Positions 37,798-48,901 of a stretch of DNA of 64,000 nt are shown here, in pieces; within the stretch, counting starts at the first letter, position 1, and each line of letters begins with the position of its first letter. This DNA comes from a virus. Its lineage: Duplodnaviria > Heunggongvirae > Uroviricota > Caudoviricetes. Position numbers and translations under genes: made by a program. The stretch spans positions 301,064 to 365,063 of the IMG/VR virus record IMGVR_UViG_3300031998_000001, one strand, 5' to 3'. Under the pieces are notes generated by a model. It had not been told where the DNA came from, did not search any database, and was given only the letters and a program-made list of their open reading frames with translations.

Positions 37798-39588
37798 TTA
37801 GATGATGTCAACGCCTTCGAGTTTGATACCCAAAGTTACATACTGCAACTGTGGATTGTGACCAACCTCAACGATTGAGTAACGAGAACTCATTACCATA
37901 ACGGGACCGAATGTGAACTCCGAAGTGGTTTCCACTTTTTCTGCAAGCAGATATGGAGCAAACATCAAGCCGGGTTCGCCTTCCTTGCCCTTGCGACCAA
38001 CGAGGATACGCATATCGTCAAGTTTCATATTCGGGTCAACATAGATTGAAATTCCCGAAAGGCTACCGATTGGGTAGAGGCTCTTGTTAACACCGAGAGT
38101 GTTGCTCATCGGGTAAGGCATAAATCCTGCGCAGTCCTGCAAAACCGCACCGATTGTTCCAGATACAACTGCGAAGTTGCCCTGTCCCAAACGACCGCGA
38201 ACGTGGATTACCTGCGAAGCATAGAGTATCTTCGACATAATGCGCCTCTGGATAGTACCCATTACTTCACCGCCAGCAGTAATGTTGACTGCCTTTGCAC
38301 CTACTGTGATAGGTTCGCCGTCACGGTCGAAGCCCAACCAAATCTGTGCGGTGTCGCTTGAAGGAGTACCGTTTGTGAAGTAAGCGGAAAGTTTGCTAAC
38401 ACCAGCAACAGGAGATTCTACTTCCTCTACCTGCTTTGCGTTGATAGCACCGAGAGTAAACATCTTCTGGAGGATTTGCTTGTTGATGGTCTGTGTCAAC
38501 TCGTCAGCCAACTTCGCCTCAACCTGTGCTACTGCGTCGATACCGTAAACCTTCAAGTCCTGTACCTGTTCGCGGGTGATTGCTGCGCTTACCTTGATGG
38601 TGTCAGCCTTGTAGTCGATGTCGAACGACTTCAAACCAAGTTGTCTTGCTGGGGTTTCCTCACCGAGACCACGGCTGTATGCACGATAGTCGGTAGCAGG
38701 ATTTTCGCCCAAGAAACCGCGACCGCTGTAAGAAGCGATATGGTTCTGGAGAGCCTTTACATTTTCAACTGGTTCAAGACCGTTTGCGAAACCGATGCAC
38801 TCGAAAAGAACTGGGCTTGACTGTCCAACTTCTTCAAGTGTGTAGTCAGGAGTTTCACCTCCCTTGTAAAGTCCGTTTACAAGTTCGTAGATAGACTTTT
38901 CTGCACCTTCTCCACCGAGAACTGGGTTTTCTGAATGGTAAGCCTTTTCCATTACCCTGAATAATGGATAACCGTCAACCCTGTCAGGATACAAGAATGT
39001 CAATTCGTAATCCGTAATCTGCTCGTTGTTTTTGTCAAAGAAAGCGTACTTGCGGTTAGGGGTGAAGCGATACTTCATTTCGCCTTCGCCTTCGATAGCG
39101 AACTTCGCGTTAACCTTAATCATATAAGGAGCAGCGGTGTTCTTGCCAGTGTAGTTTGAAGTTGCAAACGGGTCACTTGGGTGGATGCGTCCGCCTTCAT
39201 ATACATAGTCAAGATACTGCTGTGTTCCGTGAGGTGTGCTCATTGGAACAACATACAAAAGGTCGAGTGCGATAGTCTGTGCGGCAATCTGCAAGCCCAA
39301 TGGAAGGGTTGAGAAAGTCTTGTCACCGCTACCTGCCAAGCCCGGTTCGTATGCTGCGCGTGTCTGTGCGCTTGGGAAAGCGATGTTACCCATACCGCCG
39401 ATGGTCATATTAGGATTAAGATGTGCGTGACCGTCAACGCTTTCGTTTAACATCTTTTCGTTCATTGAATGGAAGTAAGCGTACTTGCTCATCCAGTTCA
39501 ACTTGGTATTGTCGGTTACACCAAGAGATTCCTTGATGTGGTTAGCCCAACTCTGCTGAATCTGATTTTCGTTTAAGTTCAAATACAT
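37798..39588 (-). CDS. gp23: Major capsid protein (T4 gp23-like)
   Basis: AQTIALDL..VVPM..P.G, TREQVQDLK..GIDA, INKQIL, RGRLGQGNFAV, IYVDP, GLMFAPY and MSSRY; strongly biased codon usage. Confidence 0.9.
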   Translation of the reverse strand: MYLNLNENQIQQSWANHIKESLGVTDNTKLNWMSKYAYFHSMNEKMLNESVDGHAHLNPNMTIGGMGNIAFPSAQTRAAYEPGLAGSGDKTFSTLPLGLQIAAQTIALDLLYVVPMSTPHGTQQYLDYVYEGGRIHPSDPFATSNYTGKNTAAPYMIKVNAKFAIEGEGEMKYRFTPNRKYAFFDKNNEQITDYELTFLYPDRVDGYPLFRVMEKAYHSENPVLGGEGAEKSIYELVNGLYKGGETPDYTLEEVGQSSPVLFECIGFANGLEPVENVKALQNHIASYSGRGFLGENPATDYRAYSRGLGEETPARQLGLKSFDIDYKADTIKVSAAITREQVQDLKVYGIDAVAQVEAKLADELTQTINKQILQKMFTLGAINAKQVEEVESPVAGVSKLSAYFTNGTPSSDTAQIWLGFDRDGEPITVGAKAVNITAGGEVMGTIQRRIMSKILYASQVIHVRGRLGQGNFAVVSGTIGAVLQDCAGFMPYPMSNTLGVNKSLYPIGSLSGISIYVDPNMKLDDMRILVGRKGKEGEPGLMFAPYLLAEKVETTSEFTFGPVMVMSSRYSIVEVGHNPQLQYVTLGIKLEGVDII

Positions 39589-39898
39589 AACTTTATTATA
39601 TTCTATTATATTGCACTGTTTCGGCAAAATCAAACCTCAAGTGCCTTCCTTAAAGAAATGTATTGTTTTCGTCAACCAAGTTTTCTTCTCCTATAACTAA
39701 TGTTTAAAAACAAAACATTATTCTTTCGCTATTATTTATATTTTGACTTTTTGCACGGTTTCCCGCCTCCGAAGAAACGCCCGTCCGCCGAGCCAGAATA
39801 TTCCATAACCGCATTTTTCGACAAATGGGGCGCGGGAGGAAAAATGCAGAATGGAAACAAAACTCCCGCGCTCCAGATATTGCTTTTTATCATTCATA

Positions 39899-41290
39899 TT
39901 AAAAACCGTTTAAACTCTTTAATATTAGGCTCGCCTTTGAAAAGCACCTCGAAAACCTTGTCCCGCAACGGTCGAAGGAAAGCCTGTATCTGACTCCAGA
40001 CTTTTTTAACGCATCATACGCTTCCAGAAGGCTCGTGCCGTCGTCCAGACCAAATTCTTCCAACGACTTGGAGATGGACGCTCTGTAGGCTTCATAATCT
40101 GGAAACACTATGTTGCGCTTAATATCTTTTTTCTTTTCTATGTATTGCTGGTTGAACTCATATCCACGCCTGCCTATTTCGATTGATGCCAGAACCATAT
40201 CGGGAAGGTTCAAATGCCTAAACACGAAGTTGCCGACAAACGAACTGTAGTTCGGCTTGACCTTCAGGAACTTTATGTCGAATATGTTGCAACGCTTCTG
40301 CAAGTTAAGTTCAAGGCTGTTCCTGCACCAGTTATTATTGACAAGACGGTTGTATTTCTTTCCGTGCCCACAATCCTTGCCCCGTATATCCAAGTCCTCG
40401 GTTGCAAACATCTCGCAGCGGTAGTGCAGGCATATACGGATTAACTTCTTCGACACCTCGTATGCCTCGTGCAGACGCTTATCCGCCACATATATTTTCT
40501 TCGGGTCGGACGAATCTGTCTTGGACTTCGATAGTTGTTGTGCAATGTCGTTTATCGGCTTTACCGAAAATACACCCTGCCTTATGACATTATAATCGGC
40601 TTCGCCCTTCCAGTCAACGACTGACCATCCTATGTAGTTCGGGTTCATATCAATAGCCATAACTCGGTTTTGTATAGCGTTGTCGCGCCTGTAGTGCTCG
40701 ACCTGCGTTTCGTCGAACGACAGATATACATATTCCGAATCCAACTTGTATGTTATGGGCGTTGCCTTTGCGCACTGGAGTTCATACAGTTTCTCAAGCG
40801 TGCGCCTGCGCTTGCCGTATATGCCGATTAGATTTAGCGTATAATGGCTGTTCTTGTTAATCTGGAATGTTATTGACTGGAAATCATTGTTTATGCGGAA
40901 CTTGCGGTTGGCAAAGCAGTTCGCCTCGCCCACGACCAATAGCGGTGATAACCGTTTGTCATCAAACGCTTCCTTCGTTATCAATCCCTTGCAACGGCGG
41001 ATGAAGTTTCCACGCCCGCCGAATATGTATTTGGCATCTGGGTTGTCGGAACTCTTTATCGACTTGAAGATTGCACTCGCCTCCTGTTCCGCGCACGAAG
41101 CCATATAACTGTCCATAAGCCCGACATTATTTAACTCGAACTTTATCGCGTCCCTAATCCGCTTGCCGTTCCAGCCGCCGATGACACGGTTGTACGCGAA
41201 GCGGAGCGCGGACGAATACTGCCGCCTGCACTCACGGATAAAAGCCTTCGCTTCATCGCTCGCCTCGTATTTCAACTTCAATGTTATCAT
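39899..41290 (-). CDS. tnpB: TnpB-like RuvC protein (IS200/IS605/IS607 accessory family), no transposase nearby
   Basis: YSSALRFAYNR, FGGR, AIDMNP (RuvC-I), ATEDL (II), VKPNYSSFVG and PDMVLASIEIGRRG (III). Confidence 0.8.
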   Translation of the reverse strand: MITLKLKYEASDEAKAFIRECRRQYSSALRFAYNRVIGGWNGKRIRDAIKFELNNVGLMDSYMASCAEQEASAIFKSIKSSDNPDAKYIFGGRGNFIRRCKGLITKEAFDDKRLSPLLVVGEANCFANRKFRINNDFQSITFQINKNSHYTLNLIGIYGKRRRTLEKLYELQCAKATPITYKLDSEYVYLSFDETQVEHYRRDNAIQNRVMAIDMNPNYIGWSVVDWKGEADYNVIRQGVFSVKPINDIAQQLSKSKTDSSDPKKIYVADKRLHEAYEVSKKLIRICLHYRCEMFATEDLDIRGKDCGHGKKYNRLVNNNWCRNSLELNLQKRCNIFDIKFLKVKPNYSSFVGNFVFRHLNLPDMVLASIEIGRRGYEFNQQYIEKKKDIKRNIVFPDYEAYRASISKSLEEFGLDDGTSLLEAYDALKKSGVRYRLSFDRCGTRFSRCFSKASLILKSLNGF

Positions 41291-41396
41291 CGGCTGATAT
41301 ACATATACATTACATATTATTTATGAATTTAATTCTTGCAATGCTTTTAAACGGTTTTAATACTGTTTCGGGTCATATTATTTATATTTCGAGTTT

Positions 41397-41825
41397 TTAC
41401 ATCCTCACGGCTCGGTCGTACAAGTCATTATAGTCGCTTCGGGAAACACCGATTGTCGTACAGCGCATACCCTTCTTCGATATGTGCGATTCGAGTTTCT
41501 CCACGAACAGCACCTCGTCGTCCTCCGTGCTGTCAACAAGTATGCAGACCGTATTGAAGTCGTCTGGACTGCGCTGAATGTCATCGATAAGCCCCATAAT
41601 CTCGCTGTACCTGTCGATTATGCTGTACAGCCTGAATACCACAACGCCCGTGCTGGCGGCATACTCGGAAAGCCTGCCAGTGCATCTTATGCCGTTCCCG
41701 CCGACGACCTTCGCGATAACCTCGTCGTTGCCGTATTCCTCGCCCTCGCTGGTAACGAACACGAACTTCACGGAACTGCTCCCCGTATCCGACAGCCTTT
41801 CGTTTATCTTCCTGATGTGTATCAT
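41397..41825 (-). CDS. MxHI-tag family protein
   Basis: Starts MIHIRKINER. Confidence 0.65.
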   Translation of the reverse strand: MIHIRKINERLSDTGSSSVKFVFVTSEGEEYGNDEVIAKVVGGNGIRCTGRLSEYAASTGVVVFRLYSIIDRYSEIMGLIDDIQRSPDDFNTVCILVDSTEDDEVLFVEKLESHISKKGMRCTTIGVSRSDYNDLYDRAVRM

Positions 41826-41892
41826 TTCCTATCCTGTTATATATTGACTATAAATTGGAAGGAAAGCAGGTCGCCCCGCCTTCCCGCCGTGT

Positions 41893-44800
41893 CTATTTCT
41901 TCGTCTTGACCTGTGTCGGCTTGACTATGTTGAGTTCCTCTATCGTGCCGAGCGACTGCTTGCTGTTCTTCTTCGCCGTTGACTTGTTGATTGCGGTGGT
42001 CATAGTGGCGGAGTTGAACTGGATGAGCGACGCTGGGTTGATGTTGCTCGAAGTCTCGCCGTAGTTCGCATATACCTCTATGTCGAAACTGAACGGCTTG
42101 TCCTTGCCAAGCCAGATATCGAAACCGAGCCTGTTGGCGAGCCTTATGTTGGATATATTGAGCCTGTTGGTCGTGGAAACCTGCGAGTCGCCCATAATCC
42201 TTCCCGTCCCGCTGTCGCCCTCGCCCCAGTAGTCGGTCATACGGTACTGGAATGTGAAAGGTATGGAAACCATAGTGCCTCCCGTAATCACCTTGCTCGA
42301 ATTTCTGCTGTCGCCCTCGACCTGAATGTCCTCGTGCGTCGCGACATTCAGGAAAAGGTAACTCGTGCAGGTGTCCTTGCCGAGCAGATACCTGTCGTTG
42401 TCGTCATAGCCCATCTTGTGGACAAGCCCGACATTCCAGCCTATGCGGGTGTCACCGCTCTGCTCGATGTCGGTGTCTGGTATGTACTTTATGTAATACT
42501 CGAACGGAACTTGCTGCATTATCTTGCTGTTCGCAACGGTCTTCGCCATACTCGTGTTCGTGGATGTGTTCACATTCGCGCCTATCATAGCGGGCGCAAC
42601 CGCCAACTGCGCCGTCATAGCCATCGTATGCGGGGTTGCATTTGCGCTTGAACTGCTGTTTGAGTCAGAACTGCTGTTTGAGTTCGAGTTGCTGTTCGAG
42701 TTGCTGTTGCTGTCGGCAGAGCCTCCAAGCGTACTTGCGAGTTGAGCCTGTACCAAATTGGTCGTCTGCAACGGCAACGCCTTTATGTTCAATATCTCAA
42801 TCTCCCTGTTTCTCGGAAGCGAGAACAGATATTTGAGATAGTTGTTGACGCTGGTCGCCTTGATTGAATAGCCGCTCCCCGTAAGTCCGAGCCTCTCGTT
42901 GACCTTCTCCTTCAGTTCATCTGGGCGAAGCGAAGCGAACGGGTGGTCGGTATGCACCGCAAAATGCGAACCCTCATCATCAAAGTCGCTCACATTGCCG
43001 TAAACGACAGCATCCCCGTCACGGTTAAGCCCGTCAAATATGATAGTGGATGTCGTGACAGGGGTTTCCGACTGCTGGAACTGGACTTCGTGCGAATCGA
43101 ATACATCCGAATCGAGTTCCTCCACCGTATCGCCATAAAGGGATATGTTGTCGGAAATGTTCCTGCGACGAAGGTTGACAAACTGGTTCTTGCACTGCGC
43201 CGACTGATAGTTGGACGACGAGTTCACTCCGGGCATAATCTGCTCGTTGGCGTACAGGTTGACTGGTATCCAGTCGTACTTGTAGTATGAGTTGTAGTCG
43301 TTGTCCTTCGGGTTGTATGTCGTGGTATGCTCGTTGTCAAGCCTCCTGTTCGGCATATATGCGCGTGCCGTGCCGTCCCAGTTCTCGCTCTCGTCCACCA
43401 TAGAAGTCCTGCTCCCGTAGCACTTGCTCTGCAAGCGGAGACCAGTGTCCGCGACATTGTGTATGTTGAGCATAAAGTTCTTCGTGATAATCGCGCCCTT
43501 CTTGACATTGAGCCTGCTGACCTCATCGCTGTAACTTCCAGCATATATCTTGAGAAGCCCGTTCTCGTCAACATTATAGACATTACCGCTTTCGTCGGTG
43601 ACGGTAACTATCATCTCGCCCATAGCGTTGCCGACTATATCGAGCAGTTGGTTCACCGTGGTCTGCAACTCCGTAAGTTTCTCGAAGAGCGAAATCGGTG
43701 TCTGCTCTGGACTCATAAACCCGCTCGCAATGCTCTGCGAGGTATGCACGAATGTCATCTCGTTCGCGTAGAAACTGTCGGCTATGTGCGATATGAGACC
43801 GCGTGTCATAAGCGTCTGGTCAATCTGCAACTGGCTCTCGTCTGCGGTGTTCCCGTGAAGTATGTCGTCAACAACGCTGTTGGTGGAGAGTTCTTCGGGG
43901 AACGACATTATGAGGGAGTCCGACCAGTCGCTCACAAGCGGGTTCGACGGATAGCCAGCCTCGCTCACGCTTGCGACCTGTATCTCCACCTTCTCGCCCT
44001 TCGTAATCGGGATGTCGAGTTGGTTTATGTTCACAGCCTCGCTGTCGTTGGTGTTTATCTTGTCCCAAGTCCATATCCCGTCTGGGGACTTGCTCCTTCC
44101 GCGCAGTACGCTCTCGGTCATATTCCAGTTGCTGAACGCCCCGCTCGCCTCCTTGCCTATCTGCTCGGTGGCGTTGGCATCTCCGAGCGGGTTCAGATAC
44201 CTGTATCTTATCTTGAAGCGGATTATCGACTGCAAGCCAGTGGCATCGCTCGACTTCTCCTTCGGCATCTCCCAGAAACCGCGTATGCGGTATTTGGGCT
44301 TCACCGAGAGGAGGCTGTCGCTGTCGGCTATCGCCGAAATCTCCTTTACGGTACTGCTGTATGTGTTGACGAGGTTCTGGTACTCGGCAACCTTCGATTC
44401 GAGCAACGACTTGTCGTTCTGGCGAAGCGTATCGCTCGCATAGTTGGTCGTCTGTATCTTCGACTTCAGGGAGGCTATCGCCGAACGCTTCTCCGTTATC
44501 TGGTCTGAAAGGTTGTGCTTCTCGTCATTGAGAGCCTTTATCCTCTTCACGCTGTCAAGTTCGGTGGTCTGCTTGTTTATCTGCAAGACCTTGAAGTCCT
44601 CCTGATTGAGAACGGGCTTGTTCGGTTTCACACCCTCCGTCGAAGTCGGATACCAGTCGTTTGCATAGCCAATCATCATAGCACCGAAGTCCGCGACATA
44701 CTTCTGGTAATACTGCTGCAATGTCACGGCATTTCCGTTGCCGTCCTTCATAACGAGCGAGTTGCTGTCGAAGCCAACCCCGTCGCTCCAAGCGTCGGAC

Positions 44801-45828
44801 GGACTGTTGCTGTTGCCGTCAACCGCCTTTACGAATATGACGCACTTCTCCCCGAAGCCTACGGTAGCCTGAACCTTCATCTCGACATCCTTGTCGCTGT
44901 AAACTCGGAAGTAGCCCGCGCCCACGCGGATGCTCCTGTACCCCTCGACAAGTTGGAGGACGACGGTGTTCGTGCTCGTGTCTATGCTGGTAATCTTATA
45001 TCTCGTGTCAATCGGGTTGCTCACGACTTCGAGCATATCCCCGACCGCGAGTTTCTGGGTGTCCGTGTATGTAGCCCTGTTGTCCGTGTATGTAAGTTTG
45101 TTCAGCCTTACGAGCCTCCTGCTCGAAACTATCTCCTCCCCGTTCACAAGTTCGGTGACGGACTTGTTGGTTATTCCGAGAACATCGAAACTCCCAGTGA
45201 AGCGTCTGGAGCGCGGGGGTATGTCAACTATCTCCTCGTCGAGCACATACTTTATCCTCTCCGTTGCGATTGTGTCAAGGAACTTGTTGTAGTCGATGGC
45301 ATTGTTCCCCCTGAACATCGTGTCAAATGTATTCTTCCTCCTTTCCGAACCATCGGTCTTGAGGAGAAAACGCTTGACCATAACCCTCTCCGTGTCGTCT
45401 GGTATCTTCCCAGTGAGGTCGATGTCAACGCAGAGGAGCGGGTTGAGCATATTCTCGAAGAAGTAGTTGCTCTTCACATTGAACTCGTTTATCGTGTTGA
45501 GGCTTGTTATGGTGGGTGCTTCGCTCGGAAGGCGCATAGTCATAAGTTTGCGGTATGTACCGTCCGAAAGGCGAACCGCACTTCCGTTGGCATCCACATT
45601 GCACAACGCCTCTATGTTGTTGTTGAGACGCTCTATGCACTGGCGGAGATACCCGAAAGAAGGTATAGTGTACTTGCTTATGTTGCCGTCCTTGTCCTCC
45701 ACATTGAGGGTAACGGTGTCGGCTTCGCTTGTAACCGCCTCGTTCACCTTCGCGAAACTCTCGACCGCGTTGTTGTTGACCATCATCAACTGTTCAAGCA
45801 GACTGCTTAAATTGTTACGACTCTCCAT
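41893..45828 (-). CDS. Large virion structural protein (1311 aa)
   Basis: Long ORF with coiled coil and an SNSNSN tract; TATTTATA upstream. Confidence 0.7.
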   Translation of the reverse strand: MESRNNLSSLLEQLMMVNNNAVESFAKVNEAVTSEADTVTLNVEDKDGNISKYTIPSFGYLRQCIERLNNNIEALCNVDANGSAVRLSDGTYRKLMTMRLPSEAPTITSLNTINEFNVKSNYFFENMLNPLLCVDIDLTGKIPDDTERVMVKRFLLKTDGSERRKNTFDTMFRGNNAIDYNKFLDTIATERIKYVLDEEIVDIPPRSRRFTGSFDVLGITNKSVTELVNGEEIVSSRRLVRLNKLTYTDNRATYTDTQKLAVGDMLEVVSNPIDTRYKITSIDTSTNTVVLQLVEGYRSIRVGAGYFRVYSDKDVEMKVQATVGFGEKCVIFVKAVDGNSNSPSDAWSDGVGFDSNSLVMKDGNGNAVTLQQYYQKYVADFGAMMIGYANDWYPTSTEGVKPNKPVLNQEDFKVLQINKQTTELDSVKRIKALNDEKHNLSDQITEKRSAIASLKSKIQTTNYASDTLRQNDKSLLESKVAEYQNLVNTYSSTVKEISAIADSDSLLSVKPKYRIRGFWEMPKEKSSDATGLQSIIRFKIRYRYLNPLGDANATEQIGKEASGAFSNWNMTESVLRGRSKSPDGIWTWDKINTNDSEAVNINQLDIPITKGEKVEIQVASVSEAGYPSNPLVSDWSDSLIMSFPEELSTNSVVDDILHGNTADESQLQIDQTLMTRGLISHIADSFYANEMTFVHTSQSIASGFMSPEQTPISLFEKLTELQTTVNQLLDIVGNAMGEMIVTVTDESGNVYNVDENGLLKIYAGSYSDEVSRLNVKKGAIITKNFMLNIHNVADTGLRLQSKCYGSRTSMVDESENWDGTARAYMPNRRLDNEHTTTYNPKDNDYNSYYKYDWIPVNLYANEQIMPGVNSSSNYQSAQCKNQFVNLRRRNISDNISLYGDTVEELDSDVFDSHEVQFQQSETPVTTSTIIFDGLNRDGDAVVYGNVSDFDDEGSHFAVHTDHPFASLRPDELKEKVNERLGLTGSGYSIKATSVNNYLKYLFSLPRNREIEILNIKALPLQTTNLVQAQLASTLGGSADSNSNSNSNSNSNSSSDSNSSSSANATPHTMAMTAQLAVAPAMIGANVNTSTNTSMAKTVANSKIMQQVPFEYYIKYIPDTDIEQSGDTRIGWNVGLVHKMGYDDNDRYLLGKDTCTSYLFLNVATHEDIQVEGDSRNSSKVITGGTMVSIPFTFQYRMTDYWGEGDSGTGRIMGDSQVSTTNRLNISNIRLANRLGFDIWLGKDKPFSFDIEVYANYGETSSNINPASLIQFNSATMTTAINKSTAKKNSKQSLGTIEELNIVKPTQVKTKK

Positions 45829-46136
45829 TGAAATATATTTAAGATACTATATATTATTTATAAATAACACCGACTGGGACTTTTTTTGAAAAAAAATCAA
45901 AAAAGTTTTGGCGGTTTCAAAAATAAGCGTTTCCTTTGCAGCGGAAAATTAAAGTCAACGAAGCAAACGATGTAAACGAGGTCTGATTTGTCAATTTATA
46001 AATAGAAGTGAAGAAGTAGATTTTCAATGTTCCAATAGGTGAAGGAACTATTGTTAAAGATATAAAGTCGCTCGGCTGTGCGTTCACCTCCAGACGAAAG
46101 TCTTGGGCACAGTCGGGTGGCTTATTTTTTACTACA

Positions 46137-48125
46137 ATGTCAGACGACAGCAAAAGAATAAGCATACGAAACACCCGCACCTGCGGGCTGAACCCGAAAA
46201 CCAGACGGAACGAGGAGATATACGAGTCTGGCGACGGGCGGAAGTTCTTTGCTTCCGATATGCTTATATCAAGGTCGGACATAACCAACGGAACATACTT
46301 AATAACCAAGCAGGTAAAGAATAGCGAGAACATATGCTCGGAGAGGACGCACCACGCCAACAAGCCGGGCATAATACAATTCGCGAACAATGTAGGCTCT
46401 ATGGACTTCGGTGCGCAGAAGGACACCGACAGCATATACAGGTACAAGTGCAAGAAAGGCGAAAGCCTGCTCGACGCTTGGAGGGCGAACGCCACATACC
46501 TGTCAACGAGCACTGGCACTACCCACGAAACCCGACAGGTCATAGTTCTCGACATAGACGACAACTACACAATGGGGCAGGACGGCTTTGCCTTCGGCAC
46601 AAACACCCTGTCCGCAGTCAAGTCGAGAGTATCCGCGAAAATCTCCGAGATTGCGGACGCGGGTCTGCCCCTGCCGAGCGCAGCGAGCATAAACACGCAC
46701 AACGGTCACTACCAACTCCACTGGTATATGGACAAGCCAGTGCGGAAGACCTCGTACAAGTACGACCGCAGGAACGACCAGTGCGACGAACTCTCGGCTG
46801 GGACGGCGAGCGGGGACGGCTACATCATAGCCACCCACATCCTCAACATTATATTCGGCGGTGACATAGGCTACACGGGCTGGAGGTGCAGGAACATATA
46901 CTGCACCCACCTCGAACAGTACGCCAACTACAAGGTCTGTGATGACGGAAGGCTCGAAAGGGTGAGGAGGGGGACGGAGTTCATACAGCACGACACCCCG
47001 AAACTCTACGCCCGCATATTCACCGTGGCGACGGACGGGCGGGGCGAGAGCAGGGTTCGCGTGAACTGGGGCGGGAACGACCGCTGGGACACCATACTCG
47101 GCAAGTGGGAAGGATACTGGGCGGAGGCGGTGGCTCTCCACGAGGCGTATTCGGGAGAGCCGAAGCAAAGCGACAGAGACGCAAAGCCGACCGAAAGCAA
47201 GAGCAGGAACACGGAAAGGAAGCCGACGGAACTCTCGGACTTGGCGCGGGCACGCTCGGAGATATACGGTCGGGACTTCAGGAAGATAAGCGAGATATAC
47301 TCCACAAACAAGGTCGAGGCTATATACGGGGCGTACGCCAATGACCACATCGGACGCAACGCATACTGGATAAAGTCCCCGAAACTCGTAAGGCTTCTCG
47401 AACCAGACATAACGCAGGAGAAGGCGTACTCGATAATCAGGCAGGCATACGGAAGGCTCATAGACGCGGGGGGCGGAAAACTCAACGGCACGCAGTCGTC
47501 CGAGCCGTTCACCGATAAGGACATCAGGAAGGCGTTTGTTCAGGGCTGGAAATATGCAACGGACTGCGACATACACAGGGGCTGGACTGACGAGCAGAGG
47601 AAAAGGAGTTCGGAAGTCAACCGCATAAAATATGAATTAAGATGCCTTGCTGTATATAACTATTTGATATACAATAAGATAGACATATCAAAGGGCGTAA
47701 GTGTCCTGATGGTGAAGAAACTGTCAGGTGTATTCAGCAAGTGCGAACGGACAATAAGGAAGATGCTCAAGGAGTGCTCAATCGAAACAAGCAGGAAGCG
47801 GAGATACCGCGTATGCCAGAAAGCCACAATAGGCACAAGGCAGGCTAAATCTTATATGAGGCTGTATTCGAGCGTCAAGGCTCACCTTGACGAGAGCAAC
47901 TGCGGAAAGGACACCGCAAGGCGCACATTCGAGAGTTTCATTATGGAGGACGACACGGACTTCTGCAACAGGCGCAATATGTTCCTGTGTACCGTGTCGA
48001 ACGCATTAGCCCAGCAGGACAGTCCGAAGCCGACTGCAACGGCTTACAATATGTATGCGTGCGGGGCATACGGGTATGAAGCGGTGGCTACGGCTGGCGG
48101 ACACGCCCCTCCAGACACTCGGTAG
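46137..48125 (+). CDS. ColE2-type replicase / AEP primase-like protein
   Basis: IVLDID, LPLPS..INTHNGHYQLHW, GGDIGYTG..RN, PriCT-like GRN and a basic C-terminus. Confidence 0.65.
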   Translation: MSDDSKRISIRNTRTCGLNPKTRRNEEIYESGDGRKFFASDMLISRSDITNGTYLITKQVKNSENICSERTHHANKPGIIQFANNVGSMDFGAQKDTDSIYRYKCKKGESLLDAWRANATYLSTSTGTTHETRQVIVLDIDDNYTMGQDGFAFGTNTLSAVKSRVSAKISEIADAGLPLPSAASINTHNGHYQLHWYMDKPVRKTSYKYDRRNDQCDELSAGTASGDGYIIATHILNIIFGGDIGYTGWRCRNIYCTHLEQYANYKVCDDGRLERVRRGTEFIQHDTPKLYARIFTVATDGRGESRVRVNWGGNDRWDTILGKWEGYWAEAVALHEAYSGEPKQSDRDAKPTESKSRNTERKPTELSDLARARSEIYGRDFRKISEIYSTNKVEAIYGAYANDHIGRNAYWIKSPKLVRLLEPDITQEKAYSIIRQAYGRLIDAGGGKLNGTQSSEPFTDKDIRKAFVQGWKYATDCDIHRGWTDEQRKRSSEVNRIKYELRCLAVYNYLIYNKIDISKGVSVLMVKKLSGVFSKCERTIRKMLKECSIETSRKRRYRVCQKATIGTRQAKSYMRLYSSVKAHLDESNCGKDTARRTFESFIMEDDTDFCNRRNMFLCTVSNALAQQDSPKPTATAYNMYACGAYGYEAVATAGGHAPPDTR

Positions 48126-48901
48126 CGTCCCGCAAGGCAACCAGAAACAAAATAAATCCAGACATTGCGCCGAGAACCACCGCTCGGCTTTCGGTGTATA
48201 TGCCCGTATCGGAAAAACGCTCCCGTCCGTGCGGAAGAATGTCCAGCGCGGTGCAAAACCACGCGACTGCGGTGTAAATTTTCCGCCACGCACCGCCGAA
48301 ATTCCGCCCGACCGACATCCGCGAGCACTCCAGACCGCACAGTATGGAAACCCGTGTATGAAATATGTAGGTGGACTTGCCTGACCATAAACCTCCACCG
48401 CTACGCTGGTAGCCGTCCTACCGACTGGATACCGCTTGGGCTATAGAACTATATGCTGGCTTGGACTTTACAGCGTATGGTAGTTCCCGAACATACGCCC
48501 ATACGGTCTGCCGATACTGCCGATATGTCATCGCAGTCCCTGAAAGGCTATGTCGAAAGAGCCGATGGCTGATAATAAATAACAAATGATAAAGCGAAGC
48601 AACAGCCCTGCCCCAGACAGCGCAGGGGGCGGATTTGACGAAAAGGCGGGCGGTCGGGGCACGCGACCGTCAGGGAAGCGTGCTTCGCCCCCGCGCTTTT
48701 TGACGGGCGGGTGCAGGTAGCGACAGCGAAAGTGCTTTCCTCGGAGAGGATAAAAAGCACTTGAGCGGGAACGAAGCGTCCCGAACGACCAGCGGGAGTG
48801 AGTGGCGCAAGAGCGAAGTGGTAAGCGGACGGAAGCCGCCCGAAAGCGGAGTGGACAGACACCCGCATATAAATAACGCATATATAACTATTATTCGGAA
48901 T

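Noticed and set aside
42646-42715. Short tandem repeat (GTTGCT/GTTCGA units)
   Set aside because: It encodes an in-frame SNSNSN low-complexity linker
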